The notes under the pieces are model-generated. The model was not told where the DNA came from. It did not search any database and saw only the letters and a list, made by a program, of their open reading frames with translations. The position numbers were made by a program, and so were the translations under genes. DNA of 64,000 nucleotides. It comes from Phoronis australis (lineage: Eukaryota > Animalia > Phoronida). The stretch covers positions 227,628 through 291,627 of the forward strand of contig NMRA01000195.1 in assembly GCA_002633005.1 (NCBI GenBank). Direction: 5' to 3'. The first letter of the stretch is position 1, and each line of letters starts with the position of its first letter. Positions 1 to 12,715 of this stretch are shown here, piece by piece.

Positions 1-488
1 TTGCCATTTTCCGAATACACCCTCAACCCTTCTGGGAAAGTTCTGGTGTTAGTTTATATGACATACTGTTGTGCAGTCTTAAATACATGTATTTTCAAAG
101 TGCTTGAAATAAATTTCATTATTATCATTTTTGTTAGTTCCTCTTGCAATCACTAGCTCCTAAAACTGTAATGGGGACGCCAACGTGCGGCTCTAGTTGC
201 TGACCCCAGTAAAGATTTGTGAAGCAGTTTTAGTAAAAAACAGCAAACTTCTTAGTGCAGAGAAGAAAACGATGTGTGAGATTTCTGTTACAAAACTTAG
301 TAATGCGCTAACTTCGTGACTGCTGACAATGATCATAAAAATTTTAAAAAAAAATTATGGGTGGTTGTATTTCATACTTATAAAAAATTATAGGTGGTGG
401 GCTTAAGAAAAAAATGAAAAGTATGGGTGGTGGGTGCAAAAAAAAAGTGCCTTCCCCCCCTCCCATACAGATTTTACTGGAACAGCCC
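1..488 (-). mobile_element. PIF/Harbinger-type (Tourist-like) MITE end in a TTC39 intron; same family as 42446-43254
   Basis: Ends ...CCCTCCCATACAGATTTTACTGGAACAGCCC at 488 followed by TTA; the reverse complement of ~340-488 aligns by eye to the left end of the 42446 element. The other end is not identified and may lie outside the window. Confidence 0.7.
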
Positions 489-907
489 TTATTGACACCA
501 TTGTTTTGCAATCAATTTACATTTCCTTTTTGCAAAATTTTAATAAAATGATAATAACTGAACTCGCTGTTTTCTATGTTTTGACTCATCACATAAACCA
601 ATTTCAAGTTTGCAACTGAGGGTAGAATTTGAAAAACACATGAGTACGAGTTTAAAATCATGAAAAGGAAATTTTGAATGTTTGACACCAGTTCATTGCA
701 TCAATTCCTAACTTTTAGATACAACACCTCTCACCTCAGCATAAATACAGACTTTTTAACATTTTATTATTGCAGTTGAATTTCCACAGTGGAGAACACT
801 AGCATTAATACAGGAAATTGACCAACGTACTTTTGAAAAACAGACCGTTCAAAGAGCATCAACTTCATGTAATACACAAAAGACTTCTAAGGAGACACTA
901 GCGTTAC

Positions 908-3900
908 CTTCAGTGTAAGAGTTGTAGTCTGGTTTTTTCAATGACAAAAGGGGGAGCCTCTTCCTACACTTGCTGCTTACAGCAAGTCCCTGCTTGGTGG
1001 CTGCTATAGCGTCTTTGATATCATTCTACAATCAAGAATACACTAATATAAAGACAAATACATTGGTAATATTATCAAGTGCAGCATACTTGTTCAGTGT
1101 TTTAGTTTCATAGTAGGCCATGTTAGTCCAAACTTTTACATTGATCACAAATTTCCGTCAGGGACACTAATGTAAAAACCTTGACATGCAAATTAGGTTC
1201 AACCGTGTTTAATGAGCAAACTTGTGTTCTTATACCCAAGCAATATGCATTCTTCTGACATACAGCACAAAGTCTTAATCAACAGACATCTTGACACTTT
1301 TGATAAAGCAACTGCCTAATACTTCTCAACTTAATAACTTCACTGGACATATTGTTGAAAAAGCTGTTAATACTGCAAAATGTCTTTGCGAAATTCATCC
1401 TCTAAAATGAACAGAATCAGTGAACAAATACCCCTCACCATATCGAATGTCATAGCTGCCTGAAGGTACATAATGGTCCCATAGCCTAGAGCATGGTACA
1501 TGCTGCGGTCAGCCCTGAAATAAAAGACTGGTTTGTACAAGTTCAAGAAACATAGGTCGATTCAGTGAAATGCCTACATGGTAATACAGCAGTATTTAAA
1601 ACTTAGTTTTCAAAACAAATTGTACCAAGTTGAAATTGGGCAAAATTTTGACACACAAAGTCACCACTTAAGATTTATTTCTTTTCAACTGTAGCCATTT
1701 CAATCCCAACACTGAGGCGTTTCTCTATGCACATTGTCCACGTCACAACAACTGCCTAGTAACGAGTCCATCCACACAATTAGCATCTAGGTATACCATG
1801 TTAAATAGTGTTGCATTTGACTCTCACTAAATTTAAACAAAAATGCTACCAAATTGCAATTAAAGCTCCAACCAAACTGCCAATTAAGTATGTTTAGAAC
1901 TTTTGTCCAGGTATGGCAGCATCTGACAGTGAACAGTTGAAGTCTGTTTACTTTTACTTTAAAAGCTACTCCATGCAAGTCACTGACATTTTCTCTTTGC
2001 AGGCAATTGACCATTCAGTTAATTATCCATTTTGCAGTTACAAAACATGGTCAAGTACTCCACACATTTTTAACACATCTAAGCAATCAGTACGGAAGCA
2101 AATGATAGGACTTGGTGTTTGAATTCTCATCAATTGTCCGAAATGTTTAAGCTAGTGTAACAATAGTATGAATTGGTTTAAATAACTCCATAGGTCAGAA
2201 TTAAGAGATTAGGACAATAAAATGACTAGAACAGTACCATGGGGCCATCCTTGCTTTGGCTTCATTGAACCTGTTGTTCAAAAACAGATTCAGTGTGACT
2301 GATGTTTCCTCTATGCTAAGTGGCAAGTTCATCTCCTTGGAACTGTAATTAATCATGAAGTAAAGTTATCATAATATCATTGTCAAAACAAAATCACCTT
2401 TCAGACCATACATAAAATTCTTAGTATCATTAACAATGTGGCCATTTCCCATTGCAAAATGTACTCTAAAATAAGCTATGACAAAAAAAGATTTTTTTTG
2501 TTAATAAGTCAGACAGACACAAAAGTTTTGCAAGATAATGTGATGCAGCGACAAAGTTTTTACACAAATCGTTTACTTTTTAAACTCATCAGAATGTGAT
2601 CTACAAGCTTACAGCTATGATAACATAACAAGTGAGATTGCAAAATTACTTACACAGGGACACTTTCATGAGCATCTTCGAACAACTGAAAAATATTAGG
2701 CATTGATTATAGCTCAACAGTATTCTCATTGAATTCCACTGAAGTGTAGAGAGGTGTCGGCGAAGTCCATCCCAGTCCAACAGCAATTTTGAAGCATGCG
2801 AGTTAATGTTTGATGTGCAGTTTGAGTGCGATATGTATAGCACTTGATTCTACGCTTTCACTGTGCAGACTTCCAAAACCACATTTATAAGGGTTGGTTT
2901 ACCTACTAGTACCCTCAATCATGACAATTCCTCCATGACCATGGATGTTGACAGCCAGCCAGCTAACTGTATGAAGACTATCATCAAAATACAGCAAGGT
3001 ACCACTCACTGTGTCTTCAAGGTCAACAGACCTCGAAATTGCACACACAAAGCCCGGGTAGTAATTCTGCTAGTCACCTCGCCGTGAAACTTGTATCAAT
3101 ATGTAGAGCTAAAGAGAGGCGGGGTTCCACGCAAAATCTGGCAGTCAGCTGACACTCACCTTGCCCATTACAACCATTTAATAAGTGAAAAACAATCTAA
3201 TAAACGTCATTTTCTTGAGTATAATTCTACGCCTTTTATAACAATGAAAAGTTATGTCATTGTTTTGGAAATCCTAAATTCTTTATGAAATCTCTCAAGA
3301 GATGATGACAGCTTCGCAAAATTGTTCTGAAACTCGGTTCGCTAGAATCAAAATTTTAAAAACTTATAATGAAGTGAAACCAGTTCTGATAATTCGATAT
3401 GACATTACCTCGTGAAAGAAGAACAGTTGATTGAAGAATCAGCGAAAAAAGAAGCTGGCCAATAGGTGATGCAATGTTTTATGGTGCCTAACACCGACTT
3501 ATGAGATCGCTCCACAACTTTAGCACCAACTGTTGCTGGTCCAGAATAACGATAGAAGGCCAAATTTTCCAACAGCGGTATATACTTTAATTTACTCAAG
3601 GAAGAGTGAAGTCTTTAATGACACTAATTGGTGTCAGGTTTTATCTGGTCATCTTTTTACCCTCTAGTGGCGGTGCCAGTAGAAACGATGGTCACTGTCT
3701 AGCCGCACCACCAACCCGTTACACAGGTTGCAGTCATGACTGAGACTGAGTCATAGACATAGCCATGCCCATGGATGAAGGCGTTTCTGATGATTGGAGA
3801 CAAACTTCAAAGCACGATACTAAATCAAGACAAGTGAATAATACATCAGGAAACGTAATTTTTACCTACTTGTCTGGCAAGTTTTTTAAAAGCTTAATTT

Positions 3901-3995
3901 CGAGTCCTGAAACACAAAATAAGGTGAAATGTGTCGCAAACGGGAACTATCATGCGTAAACAAACCTGTTCGTCGTCGCTGTCATCGTCCGCCAT
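908..3995 (-). CDS. TTC39B: Tetratricopeptide repeat protein 39 (TTC39A/B-like, IML2 family), 5' part; continues beyond the window start
   Basis: Phase-consistent GT-AG exons 3995-3966, 2685-2654, 2342-2238, 1514-1439, 1025-908 give MADDDSDDEQ/LFEDAHESVPV/SKEMNLPLSIEETSVTLNLFLNNRFNEAKARMAPW/ADRSMYHALGYGTIMYLQAAMTFDM/NDIKDAIAATKQGLAVSSKCRKR..., matching the TTC39B N-terminal signature (LNLFL.N.F..A..L.PW...SMYHALGY...LQA.LTFE). A versus B paralogue cannot be resolved by eye. Confidence 0.88.
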
Positions 3996-4082
3996 GTTTG
4001 TTTTGTGATGGGAGCGCCGACTATTGTTGAGCCGTGAGTTGATGGACTGAATCAATTCTTTTCTAACAAGGCTCCTCCTGAG

Positions 4083-4221
4083 CAAGGCCATATTTCAGGA
4101 TTTTGAGTTAGGGGTGGGGCAGAGTATTAGCCAGGATTTTGCTCGTCAGACTTTCGCACTCCCACAGAATTTTAGGGGGGGCCATGGCCCTCTTGCATGA
4201 CCCCCTCTAAATTCGCCCTTG
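4083..4221 (+). mobile_element. Short non-autonomous DNA transposon (CAGG.GCGGATCCAGG-type MITE); related inverted copy at ~12716-12877
   Basis: CAGGATTTTGAGTT.GGGG...GGGCAGA.TATTAGCCAGGATTTTGC.CGTCA.AC.TT.GCAC is shared with the reverse complement of 12800-12866. Confidence 0.6.
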
Positions 4222-4528
4222 GCACTTCCAATGACGAAATTGCATCATGTTTTTATTATTGTATATTGCTTTTTACTCGATACTCCCACATTAACGTGTT
4301 TAAGAACATTATTGTGAGAACATTCTACTGACAGCAAACTGAAAGCCGCCGGCGCGGCCGGGCCGGGGCCGGGCCGGGCACCAAATTTAGTGACTGCCAC
4401 CCGGCCGGAGTGGGTGCCGTGGGGGTTCCGCCGGTTTCAATTGGATCAGATTCTAGTGTTTTGGGCTTAGCATATTATAATTTGGCTTTGAGATGGCCAA
4501 CTCCGGCGAGCCAGGCACAGGACCGAGG

Positions 4529-4950
4529 CAGGGGCGGATCCAGGANNNNNNNNNNNNNNNNNNNNNNNNNNNNNNNNNNNNNNNNNNNNNNNNNNNNNNN
4601 NNNNNNNNNNNNNNNNNNNNNNNNNNNNNNNNNNNNNNNNNNNNNNNNNNNNNNNNNNNNNNNNNNNNNNNNNNNNNNNNNNNNNNNNNNNNNNNNNNNN
4701 NNNNNNNNNNNNNNNNNNNNNNNNNNNNNNNNNNNNNNNNNNNNNNNNNNNNNNNNNNNNNNNNNNNNNNNNNNNNNNNNNNNNNNNNNNNNNNNNNNNN
4801 NNNNNNNNNNNNNNNNNNNNNNNNNNNNNNNNNNNNNNNNNNNNNNNNNNNNNNNNNNNNNNNNNNNNNNNNNNNNNNNNNNNNNNNNNNNNNNNNNNNN
4901 NNNNNNNNNNNNNNNNNNCCCCCCCCCCCCCCCCCCCTAATCCGCCACTG
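4529..4950. mobile_element. MITE spanning an assembly gap (N 4546-4918)
   Basis: Left end CAGGGGCGGATCCAGGA and right end poly-C...TAATCCGCCACTG are inverted termini (CAG.GGCGGAT). No TSD recovered. Confidence 0.55.
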
Positions 4951-5302
4951 TGAGTCACCGTATCTCACCGGCCTCATTGCTCTTTATGTGCCGATTGTCA
5001 GCGTGCTGATTATGTATAATAATTTACTTATTTCTCTTGCTTGACCTTCTAAAGAATCCGATGGCTGCCGCTCGTTGACTACGAACGCCATCTATCATTA
5101 CGATCTCGACTCTACTACTTGACTCCCGTCTAGGCGACCCAGTCGCAAACGGAAGCATTTGATAGTGATTGCTTATGTAAAGTACTTTCTATGACCAATT
5201 TTAGAAAAACATCAAAAGCGTAACGTGTTTTCCAAAGTATCACGATCATTTGTAAAATTGTTTACACTCGATGGTTCCTACATGAGTTAAAAGAAAACTT
5301 AC

Positions 5303-5365
5303 CGCAGCAGAAAGATTGGCTGTAATCGGTGTTTGTTCCTCTGAATGTTCTGTCTCATCATCCAT
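5303..5365 (-). CDS. Candidate alternative first coding exon of TTC39 (MDDETEHSEEQTPITANLSAA)
   Basis: ATG at 5365, 21 open codons, canonical GCG|GTAAGT donor in phase 0 (matches the phase-0 acceptor at 2685); TATATAAA on the minus strand at 5409-5402. Confidence 0.5.
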
Positions 5366-6424
5366 CCTTAGTCTGTTCCGGGAAACTGCCACCGTAAATT
5401 CTTTATATAACTGCCTGTCTAAGCATAATGCCCTAAGACATAAAATTTGAAAAATCAAAAATGTTAGACCAAGAAACAAAAGAGCAGAAAATATGAGTGT
5501 TATCTTATTTTGGTGTACTTGTTATCATAGTAGTGTAAGGTGCAGGGATATCACACTTAGAATTGAAGGTGATCATCAAATGATTGTTGTTCATCCAGTG
5601 TCCACTTTCATTGTGGATTGGTGAACTGGCATGCATGCGGGAGTACGCGTGTGTGCGTTTTCATTCTTTTAAATCTAGTACACGCAGACGGTACTATAGG
5701 CAGTCTTCTGTCGTTGCTCAAACAAAAACCAGACATTAACTACCGTGTGTTCTTGCACTGAGGAAAGGAGCATGTTCACAGCACTAGGGAAAAGCAGGTC
5801 TAGACCTAATGAAACTTTGGTCTATGAAGAAAATGTTCCCTTGCCCATCAGTGACAATAGTACACAGCCTCGCAGACTTCATACGAGCAAAAAACATGAT
5901 GCAAAAGATTTCCAAGGTTACGTGTCACTGTTCCTAAGGTTCACTTCTCAGAAAGCCCACTACTCTGAAGTCTCACTACAATTCACTACTCTGATTGTGC
6001 TAATGAGTCGGAACTGACATGAATGAAATAATGTTTTTGTACCCATTTAACAACCATTAAAAAGGTATGCAAGAGTTGGATAGTTCTTAAAACGTTGTTT
6101 ACAACTGAGTTTCGTTCCAATCACTGCCAATCGTGGCTTCTTGCATGTAACTAACGACTCATTCTCAAGCAGGGACAAACATCTGGGGTACGGGTCAGGG
6201 CTGTGGTGACCTGAAGACTGAATGGGAGTCTCTGACTTTGTGAGAAGTGGCAGGGACAGGGTAGCCTTCTAAAAACGTTTAGTTTCGACCACTTCCGTAG
6301 GGTGAGGCAATTATTCATCAATATCCCTACTTCGTATTCTTTTACTAAAGGATAGTAAACCTTGTGAGGATTTCCACCAATACTCGTACTGTCACCTGCT
6401 AATCACTGGCGCCAATCTTCTAAG

Positions 6425-7060
6425 CTAAAAGTGTACAAAACCCGGTTTTATCTTATTAACAGATGCAAAAAACGACTTTCCCATCCAGTTCTCTGAAACA
6501 AAATAATGCTCGGCTGGGCAACTCTCTAAGTTTTGAGAAAAATCAGAAAACCCCTTACAAATTCTGCTATAGGGCAAACGTGACCTATGCTTTTAGCGAG
6601 TTACATGGCGTCTGTGGGAAGAGACCACCCACAAATGACCATAATGTTTAATTCGTGAGATAGTGGGTATGAATTCTTAAAAGATTCCTTCTTCATCTTT
6701 CAAAATTGACGCCAACGATGTAACAGCAAGTGAGAGAATGAGGATTGGTTGAAATCATTAAAATAGGGTTTAGAATCCTTTCTAAGGAAGGAATCACGTG
6801 AAAATTCATACACCCCATATCAAAGTTTGGATAATATGGTCCTTGCTGGGTGGACCTTTCTCACAGTTGCCGAGTAATTCGCAAAAAGCGTAGGTTGCGC
6901 TTGCTCGTATAGCAAACTTTGAAAGGAGTGTTCAAATTTTTCAGCAAACTTTTGAGGGTTGTCAATGGTTACAGAGTATTATTTTGTTTCAGAGAACTGG
7001 GTGGGAAAGTCATTTTTATTATCGGTCAATAGGCCAAACCCGGATTTGTTATCCTTTTAA
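6425..7060. mobile_element. Fold-back / long-inverted-repeat non-autonomous element; related partial copy at ~59215-59590
   Basis: GACTTTCCCATCCAGTTCTCTGAAACAAAATAATGCTC (6474-6511) is the near-perfect reverse complement of 6974-7011; the arms extend ~200 bp with decay. Boundaries approximate. Confidence 0.7.
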
Positions 7061-8982
7061 AAATGCAAGAACGTACTTAGTTTTCCGTAATCTTACGACA
7101 TACAGGCAATTTCGTATGCGCATGAAATCAATAGTGCGCGGACGTTGTTTTTGGTACTAATACATGTAGTTCACCCCTCAGCGCATTTAATAACCGAAGT
7201 ATAGTTTACTTTTGCATGTAAATGTTCAAAAATTAAACCTAGGTTCGAAAATTTAGATAATTTCGGAGTAATGAGCCTTCGGAGTACTGAACGTTCAGAA
7301 TGGTGCAAAAATACAACCAGATAAAAATTTCTTCAAGTAATTCTCAGACTATAAAATGGATAAAGAGACATTAAAAAGTGTTGGTGAGAAATACCGGATT
7401 TAATTCAGCTACGAAGGCTAAAATCTTGAGCCTGAAGTTCAAATTTAACTAGAAGTCTTAACTCGAATCTAGTGGTCATCAAGTGCGAATTTGATTTGGA
7501 GTATATAGCAACTCATTTGCATAAACTGTAATCTACTCGAGCACAGAATAATAACTACTTAGTGATCTTGAGTTAGCACTAAATTGAGAAAGGAAATGAT
7601 AAAGAAAAATTTCGATTTTCGTTTGGAGTAGAAAGGCTGGACCCCGACCCCTGGTGATATTTTCAAGCACTATCCTGTCCATCCAATAGTAACCCCCAAA
7701 ATGCGTTTTCGGTCTTAAATCGATTTAATTCTTAGATCTGCGTGTTTTGCACGACTGCACGTGGGGTATTTGCATACCCGTGCATTGTCTTTCCTCTCCG
7801 GAAAAGGGTATTCTTTGATGATAATAGAGCGTATATTGGGTTTTTGCCGCGTCAGTCAGTTTAAGGGGCAAGAACTGTTGGCCCAAGCGTTGCCGGCATG
7901 GATTTTCCTCATACAACGTTCTCCAGGAAACATATATACCATTTTCAAGGATGTCGTTTCCAACAACGATCTCTTGAAACAAGTACCATTAAATTTCAGG
8001 GGCATCTTTGTTCCATAAGTCCACTTACGATACTATACACGTAATAGCTGTATAGTGCCTTTCTTTTAATTGCTTCGTTATCATAAGAAAACAATTAAAA
8101 CTTCTCAACAGCTAGCAATCAACCAGTCAACCAGGCTAAAACTTAAACACTGGCAACTGCCTGCATCGGGTGTCGCATCCAATGCAAGCATGAACCGTAC
8201 TTGAAAATAGGCGTTAAGTAATGTGGCGGATGTTGATATTCTCTCTGAACTATCTCATGGTTGGCATTTCCTTGAACTTTACTGTGTGAATAAGAAAAAT
8301 ATCCGAGTATGAAAACCGCAGTGCGTTTTCAGCTTCACTCTGAGGTGAGTGTGGTGCTACGTGTATGTTTTTCTAGGCCTACATTAGTTTTAAAACAATT
8401 ATTTTACCTGCTTAAGCTGATGCGGCTGCAGTGTAGGTATCTGTCATTCAGACTGCCTGCGTTAGACCGAGAAGTCTTACTATTGATTGATCCGGGTGAT
8501 TATCAATCACTCACGAGTTCACCTGGGTATTCCACCGCTATCTCTGCACAAGGCTACTGGGTAGGGCCAATACATGTATTTACATGTAAGTTCACTGTCG
8601 ACTCATCGTGTAGCCCAGCTTGCTAACCTGAAGCACTTGAACCTCAACAACAGCTGCAGTAAAACTGGTAGAGCTATTGATTTGCGACTACTGAATATTT
8701 GTTCAGTTATTGTAAGAACAGAAATCAATGAGGTTTAGTCCCACTAAATTGACCGAGAGAATTAGTTCCCTTGTGTCATCTCTGACTGAGTATCAATCAG
8801 CCTGATCCAATTTGCATCGGGTCTGGAAAAATTTGATTTCAGTAAACAGGAAATATTTTTTGCGAACCGCTTTTATCTCCTCCGTGTATACTACATTAGC
8901 TAGAACAAGCATGTCACCGGTGCACTTAAACGTACACTGGGAAGAGGCCATGCACCCAGTATGCTTGCTGTCATAACACTTA

Positions 8983-10199
8983 TGGGAGGCGCAGTACGTG
9001 CTACATAATTCCTGTTTATTTCCGACATAAATTCGAATTTTGTCTGACATAAAACAAAATTATACATGTATCTGGGATAAATTAATTTATGTCTGACATA
9101 CATAATTCTCGAATAATGATCGTACGCAATCCATTAATGTCAACACGATTCTATTTATGTCAGACATAAATGACATAAATAGGCCTATAACGACCATTAC
9201 TCTAGTCATATCTGACATGTATCTTATTTATGTCTGACATAAGTTAGCCAATGAGAATCATCGATACATTCATTGATTCAGTCCGCAATGTTTCCAGCCG
9301 ATTCAGTAACCTTTTAACGTTCTCAACCAGCGTTGACGATTTCATCAATGAATAAACTTGCAACAAACTCGTTCTCATCTCACTTAAAATTGTTTGCAGA
9401 AAAACGGAGTGGTCCACAAGACATGCCATGTTTGTGTAGCAACCGTCATTGGAGAATTTTATCGACCGGAAATCTGCCGTTTAGTAATATCTCGTGACAT
9501 TACTTCTGTGTCCCCGTCCCACGTTGATATCACGGAAGTTGATCTAGACTCGGGGCAATTATTGCATTAGCGATGTCTTCGCGGCAATAAAACACTGGGT
9601 GAAATAAATCGAAATGTCCGAGGAGAGAAAGTGGTATTTTTTAACGTTTCTGGCTTCTGAGGTTGAATTCCTCATGAAATAGTAAGAAAAACCGTGACCT
9701 TTCTCGGAAGAAATCCTATAAAAAATTACCAAAACGCTGCAATGTGCCTTTATTTTTGACAGCAGTTTTGAATCCGGGTGCGTGTTTACTTTAACTTATT
9801 CAGTCAGCCTGGTAAATAATTGGCGTTTGGCCCCTGATATCGAACAAAAGACTGAGTCTGGCGATTAACAAACGAAAGATTGACGCCCATATGATAACTG
9901 GTATCGTATGGAATACGGACTAACTGGGAGTTAGTTGTTATGCGATTCTCATTTGCTGACTAATTGTCACGATTTATGTCAGATATAAACAGAATAATGG
10001 TGGATATTAATCATCAATATCTGATATAAATAGGAATGTGGTTGGCATTAATGAATTATGTACATTATTCGACAGTTATATTGGATATTGATTATTTTAT
10101 ACCAGATATTATTTATGTATGCCATAAATCTTCTTATGTCTGACAAAAGTCTGATTTATCTCTGACATAAATGGGAATTATGTCGCACTGCACCAACCA
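8983..10199. mobile_element. ~1.2-kb non-autonomous DNA transposon with ~200-bp imperfect TIRs, apparent TA TSD
   Basis: Left TA|TGGGAGGCGCAG..GTGCTACATAATTCCTGTTTATTTCCGACATAAAT versus the reverse complement of the right end TA|TGGTTGGTGCAGTGCGACATAATTCCCATTTATGTCAGAGATAAAT; many subterminal palindromes TATGTCWGACATA. Confidence 0.75.
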
Positions 10200-12248
10200 T
10201 AAACGTTTACTGAGATTTCATTAGTAGTGTCAGTATTCGAAGCCCAAGTAGAGCTGCAGTCCGGGTTCAAGTTTATTTGGGTTGCCTACACAATTTAACC
10301 GGATAGCCCTGAGTGAAATTTATGCCCACTTGGTGGTCTACTGCTGAAATCTAAATACCTGCTTTGGTTGTATTGTGAGCAGATCTACGAAACTGGGGTT
10401 TCCCAAAGTCAAATTCGTGTTTCAACTCCTTGTTTGATGTCTAAAATCAATTACCATGTGTTTCGCTCAAGAAAAACCCTTACCTTAGGTTTGAGGTTCA
10501 TTTGATTAAGATGCGATCTGGCACGAATATTCAATCTACTGTCACCACAAATCAGCCTATCATATTTTTTTAGGTTTCATGTAAAACGCATACAATTTCT
10601 ATTCCGGGATCAGGCACTTCAGAATTCATAGGGGGTAATAAAACATTCATTTTCTCAGTCAGGACCACACACTCTTTGTTAAGCCGTGTGAAGTTACGCA
10701 GTCCAAGTAGTACGTTTGTATGACTAAGAGCAGGGTTTACAAAGAACTACAGTACTTTCGCTGACCTTGCATGTCATGTCAATTTCAAAAGGTAGTATTG
10801 AGTATGATGGACACCAATGATTTACAATAATCCTCTAAACTCTAAGCCTTGAACTTGATGAGCTATGACGTTATCCAGCACTTTGTATACCTTGACCAAT
10901 AGGAAAAAACAAATGACAAGCGCTTTAACGCTGTCATATTTACAATTCTGTACATATTATATGATGTTGTATAGAGAATCCACTGTTCACATTTTAGGTG
11001 TGTTGTTTTCTACTGACGATGTTTTAAGTTAAGAAAAGAAACTTCTGGACTCTATATTTAGTAAGTATAGTGTTGTAAACATAAGATAACATCACTCGCT
11101 TAAACGTATCGTATGCATATGTACCATGTAACACTTTTTCGCACCTCAATTGTTATGGTGTTGTTTACTGAAATTGCAGAGGTGGGCAAGACGACAGATC
11201 GAGATAACTCGACTTGACACATCTAAAAGTATAATGAAAATTCACGAAGTTGCTCAAACTGAGTCTGACTTTAGGCCTATATTAGTAGAAATTACAACTT
11301 CCAGCACTTTTTGCGTAGATTTGCTAAGGGTTCACTGGTCATGCGTTGGTTCGATCGCCGAAGTGAGTCCATGACGTCTTTTCGGAAGCGGAATGGTGTC
11401 GTTGAATTGGTTTTCTAGGTGTTTATTCTTGAACAATTTCCTCAGCCGGTAGAATATTTTCGGAAAAGGAGGTGAACTTGGACTGCGCACCGGCTACACC
11501 GCCGGCAGAGCCGAGTTGATCAGTAGATCAGAGAGTTTCAGCTAGGTATGATTAGCACTGCGCATGTCGAGGTCCTTGGATACCGCCTTTGTAGCCCACT
11601 CTATTCTATTTTAAGTTTCAGGAAGCCTTATTCTAGGTTATCACCGTTCGTATTCAATAATTCAACCAGTAAAATGCTGTCAGACACTCGGAGGCTTAAA
11701 TACCAATAGTTTCACTCTGAGGTTAAGTAGGGTTGACTACGACTGTCGCCGGAAAGTAATTAATTTTATCAAAATATGTGCAGGTGCTTCAACGAAATTA
11801 ATTCCTCTTCAAGTGTCCCTAGAACATCTCCCAGCAATGTTCACGATCCAAAATGCAACATAGGTTTGCCTGCGGGCTCACTTGTGTGGCCCGGTTATTT
11901 GTGATGGGGAGGCGGAGTCAAGCATTTGGACACTTTTATTTTTTTTTTTCCTCCGAAGGTGATTGTTTTCATCCACTATTAATGCCTACAACCCAGTTTT
12001 GGCGTGCTTTTCACTTTTCGTAAATAGTTCATGGTCTTTTGGAAGCGTCGACTTTGGTTCGAGACAGAACGAGCGGTGCTCCAGAGACTGGCACTACGGT
12101 TTCCGCAGACCCCGTCTGGCTTGCATGTTTTTTTTTTTAATTTTTAGGCAAAATCGTCATCTTCAGACTTGGAAATTACGGGTCACTAACACATGGACCT
12201 CTTCAGATGCTTTTCACGACTCAAAACCAAAAGTTTTGATCTGGGATA

Positions 12249-12392
12249 CAGTGGCGGATATAGGATATCACACTGAGGGGGCCCAACATTTTGTCTGTAA
12301 ACATTTGCGCAAAGAACGATTGTAGATGCGCATAGCACCGAATGGGGGGAGGTCGGGAGGGGAGCAAACCCTGCCTCCCCAATACGCCTATG
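12249..12392. mobile_element. Short hAT-like MITE
   Basis: Termini CAGTGGCGGATAT / AATACGCCTATG (imperfect inverted repeat); flanks CTGGGATA and ACTGGATA resemble a degenerate 8-bp TSD. Confidence 0.5.
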
Positions 12393-12715
12393 ACTGGATA
12401 ACAACAACCTCGCATAATATCGCATGCATTCCGTATGCAGTTGATTTCGCACAACGGAGATCGATCAATACGTGTCTAACCAGGTTATCACTAAAACTAC
12501 TACTGGCAAAGATATAACAATACTGGTTGGAGTCCTTAGCAGCACAGAATATCCAACCAACCCCTAAAAATATGTTAGCGCAAAAATAAAATTTTAATTG
12601 TAAGAAAACATGACTTGAAAAATCGAACCACCCTTCTAAATATAACTGGGATTTCACCTGTAGTAAAATATAAAACACACCACACCACCTGAAATTCAAT
12701 TTAAAACATTGCACT

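Noticed and set aside
3866-3906. Apparent small TTC39 exon flanked by AG/GT
   Set aside because: Contains a stop in the phase required after MADDDSDDEQ; exon 1 joins 2685 cleanly without it.
4410-5044. Long ORFs of 163-183 aa in the track
   Set aside because: Made almost entirely of X from the N-gap 4546-4918.
7725-8018. Overlapping 85-aa ORFs on both strands
   Set aside because: No recognisable motif, no convincing splice context, and length expected by chance.
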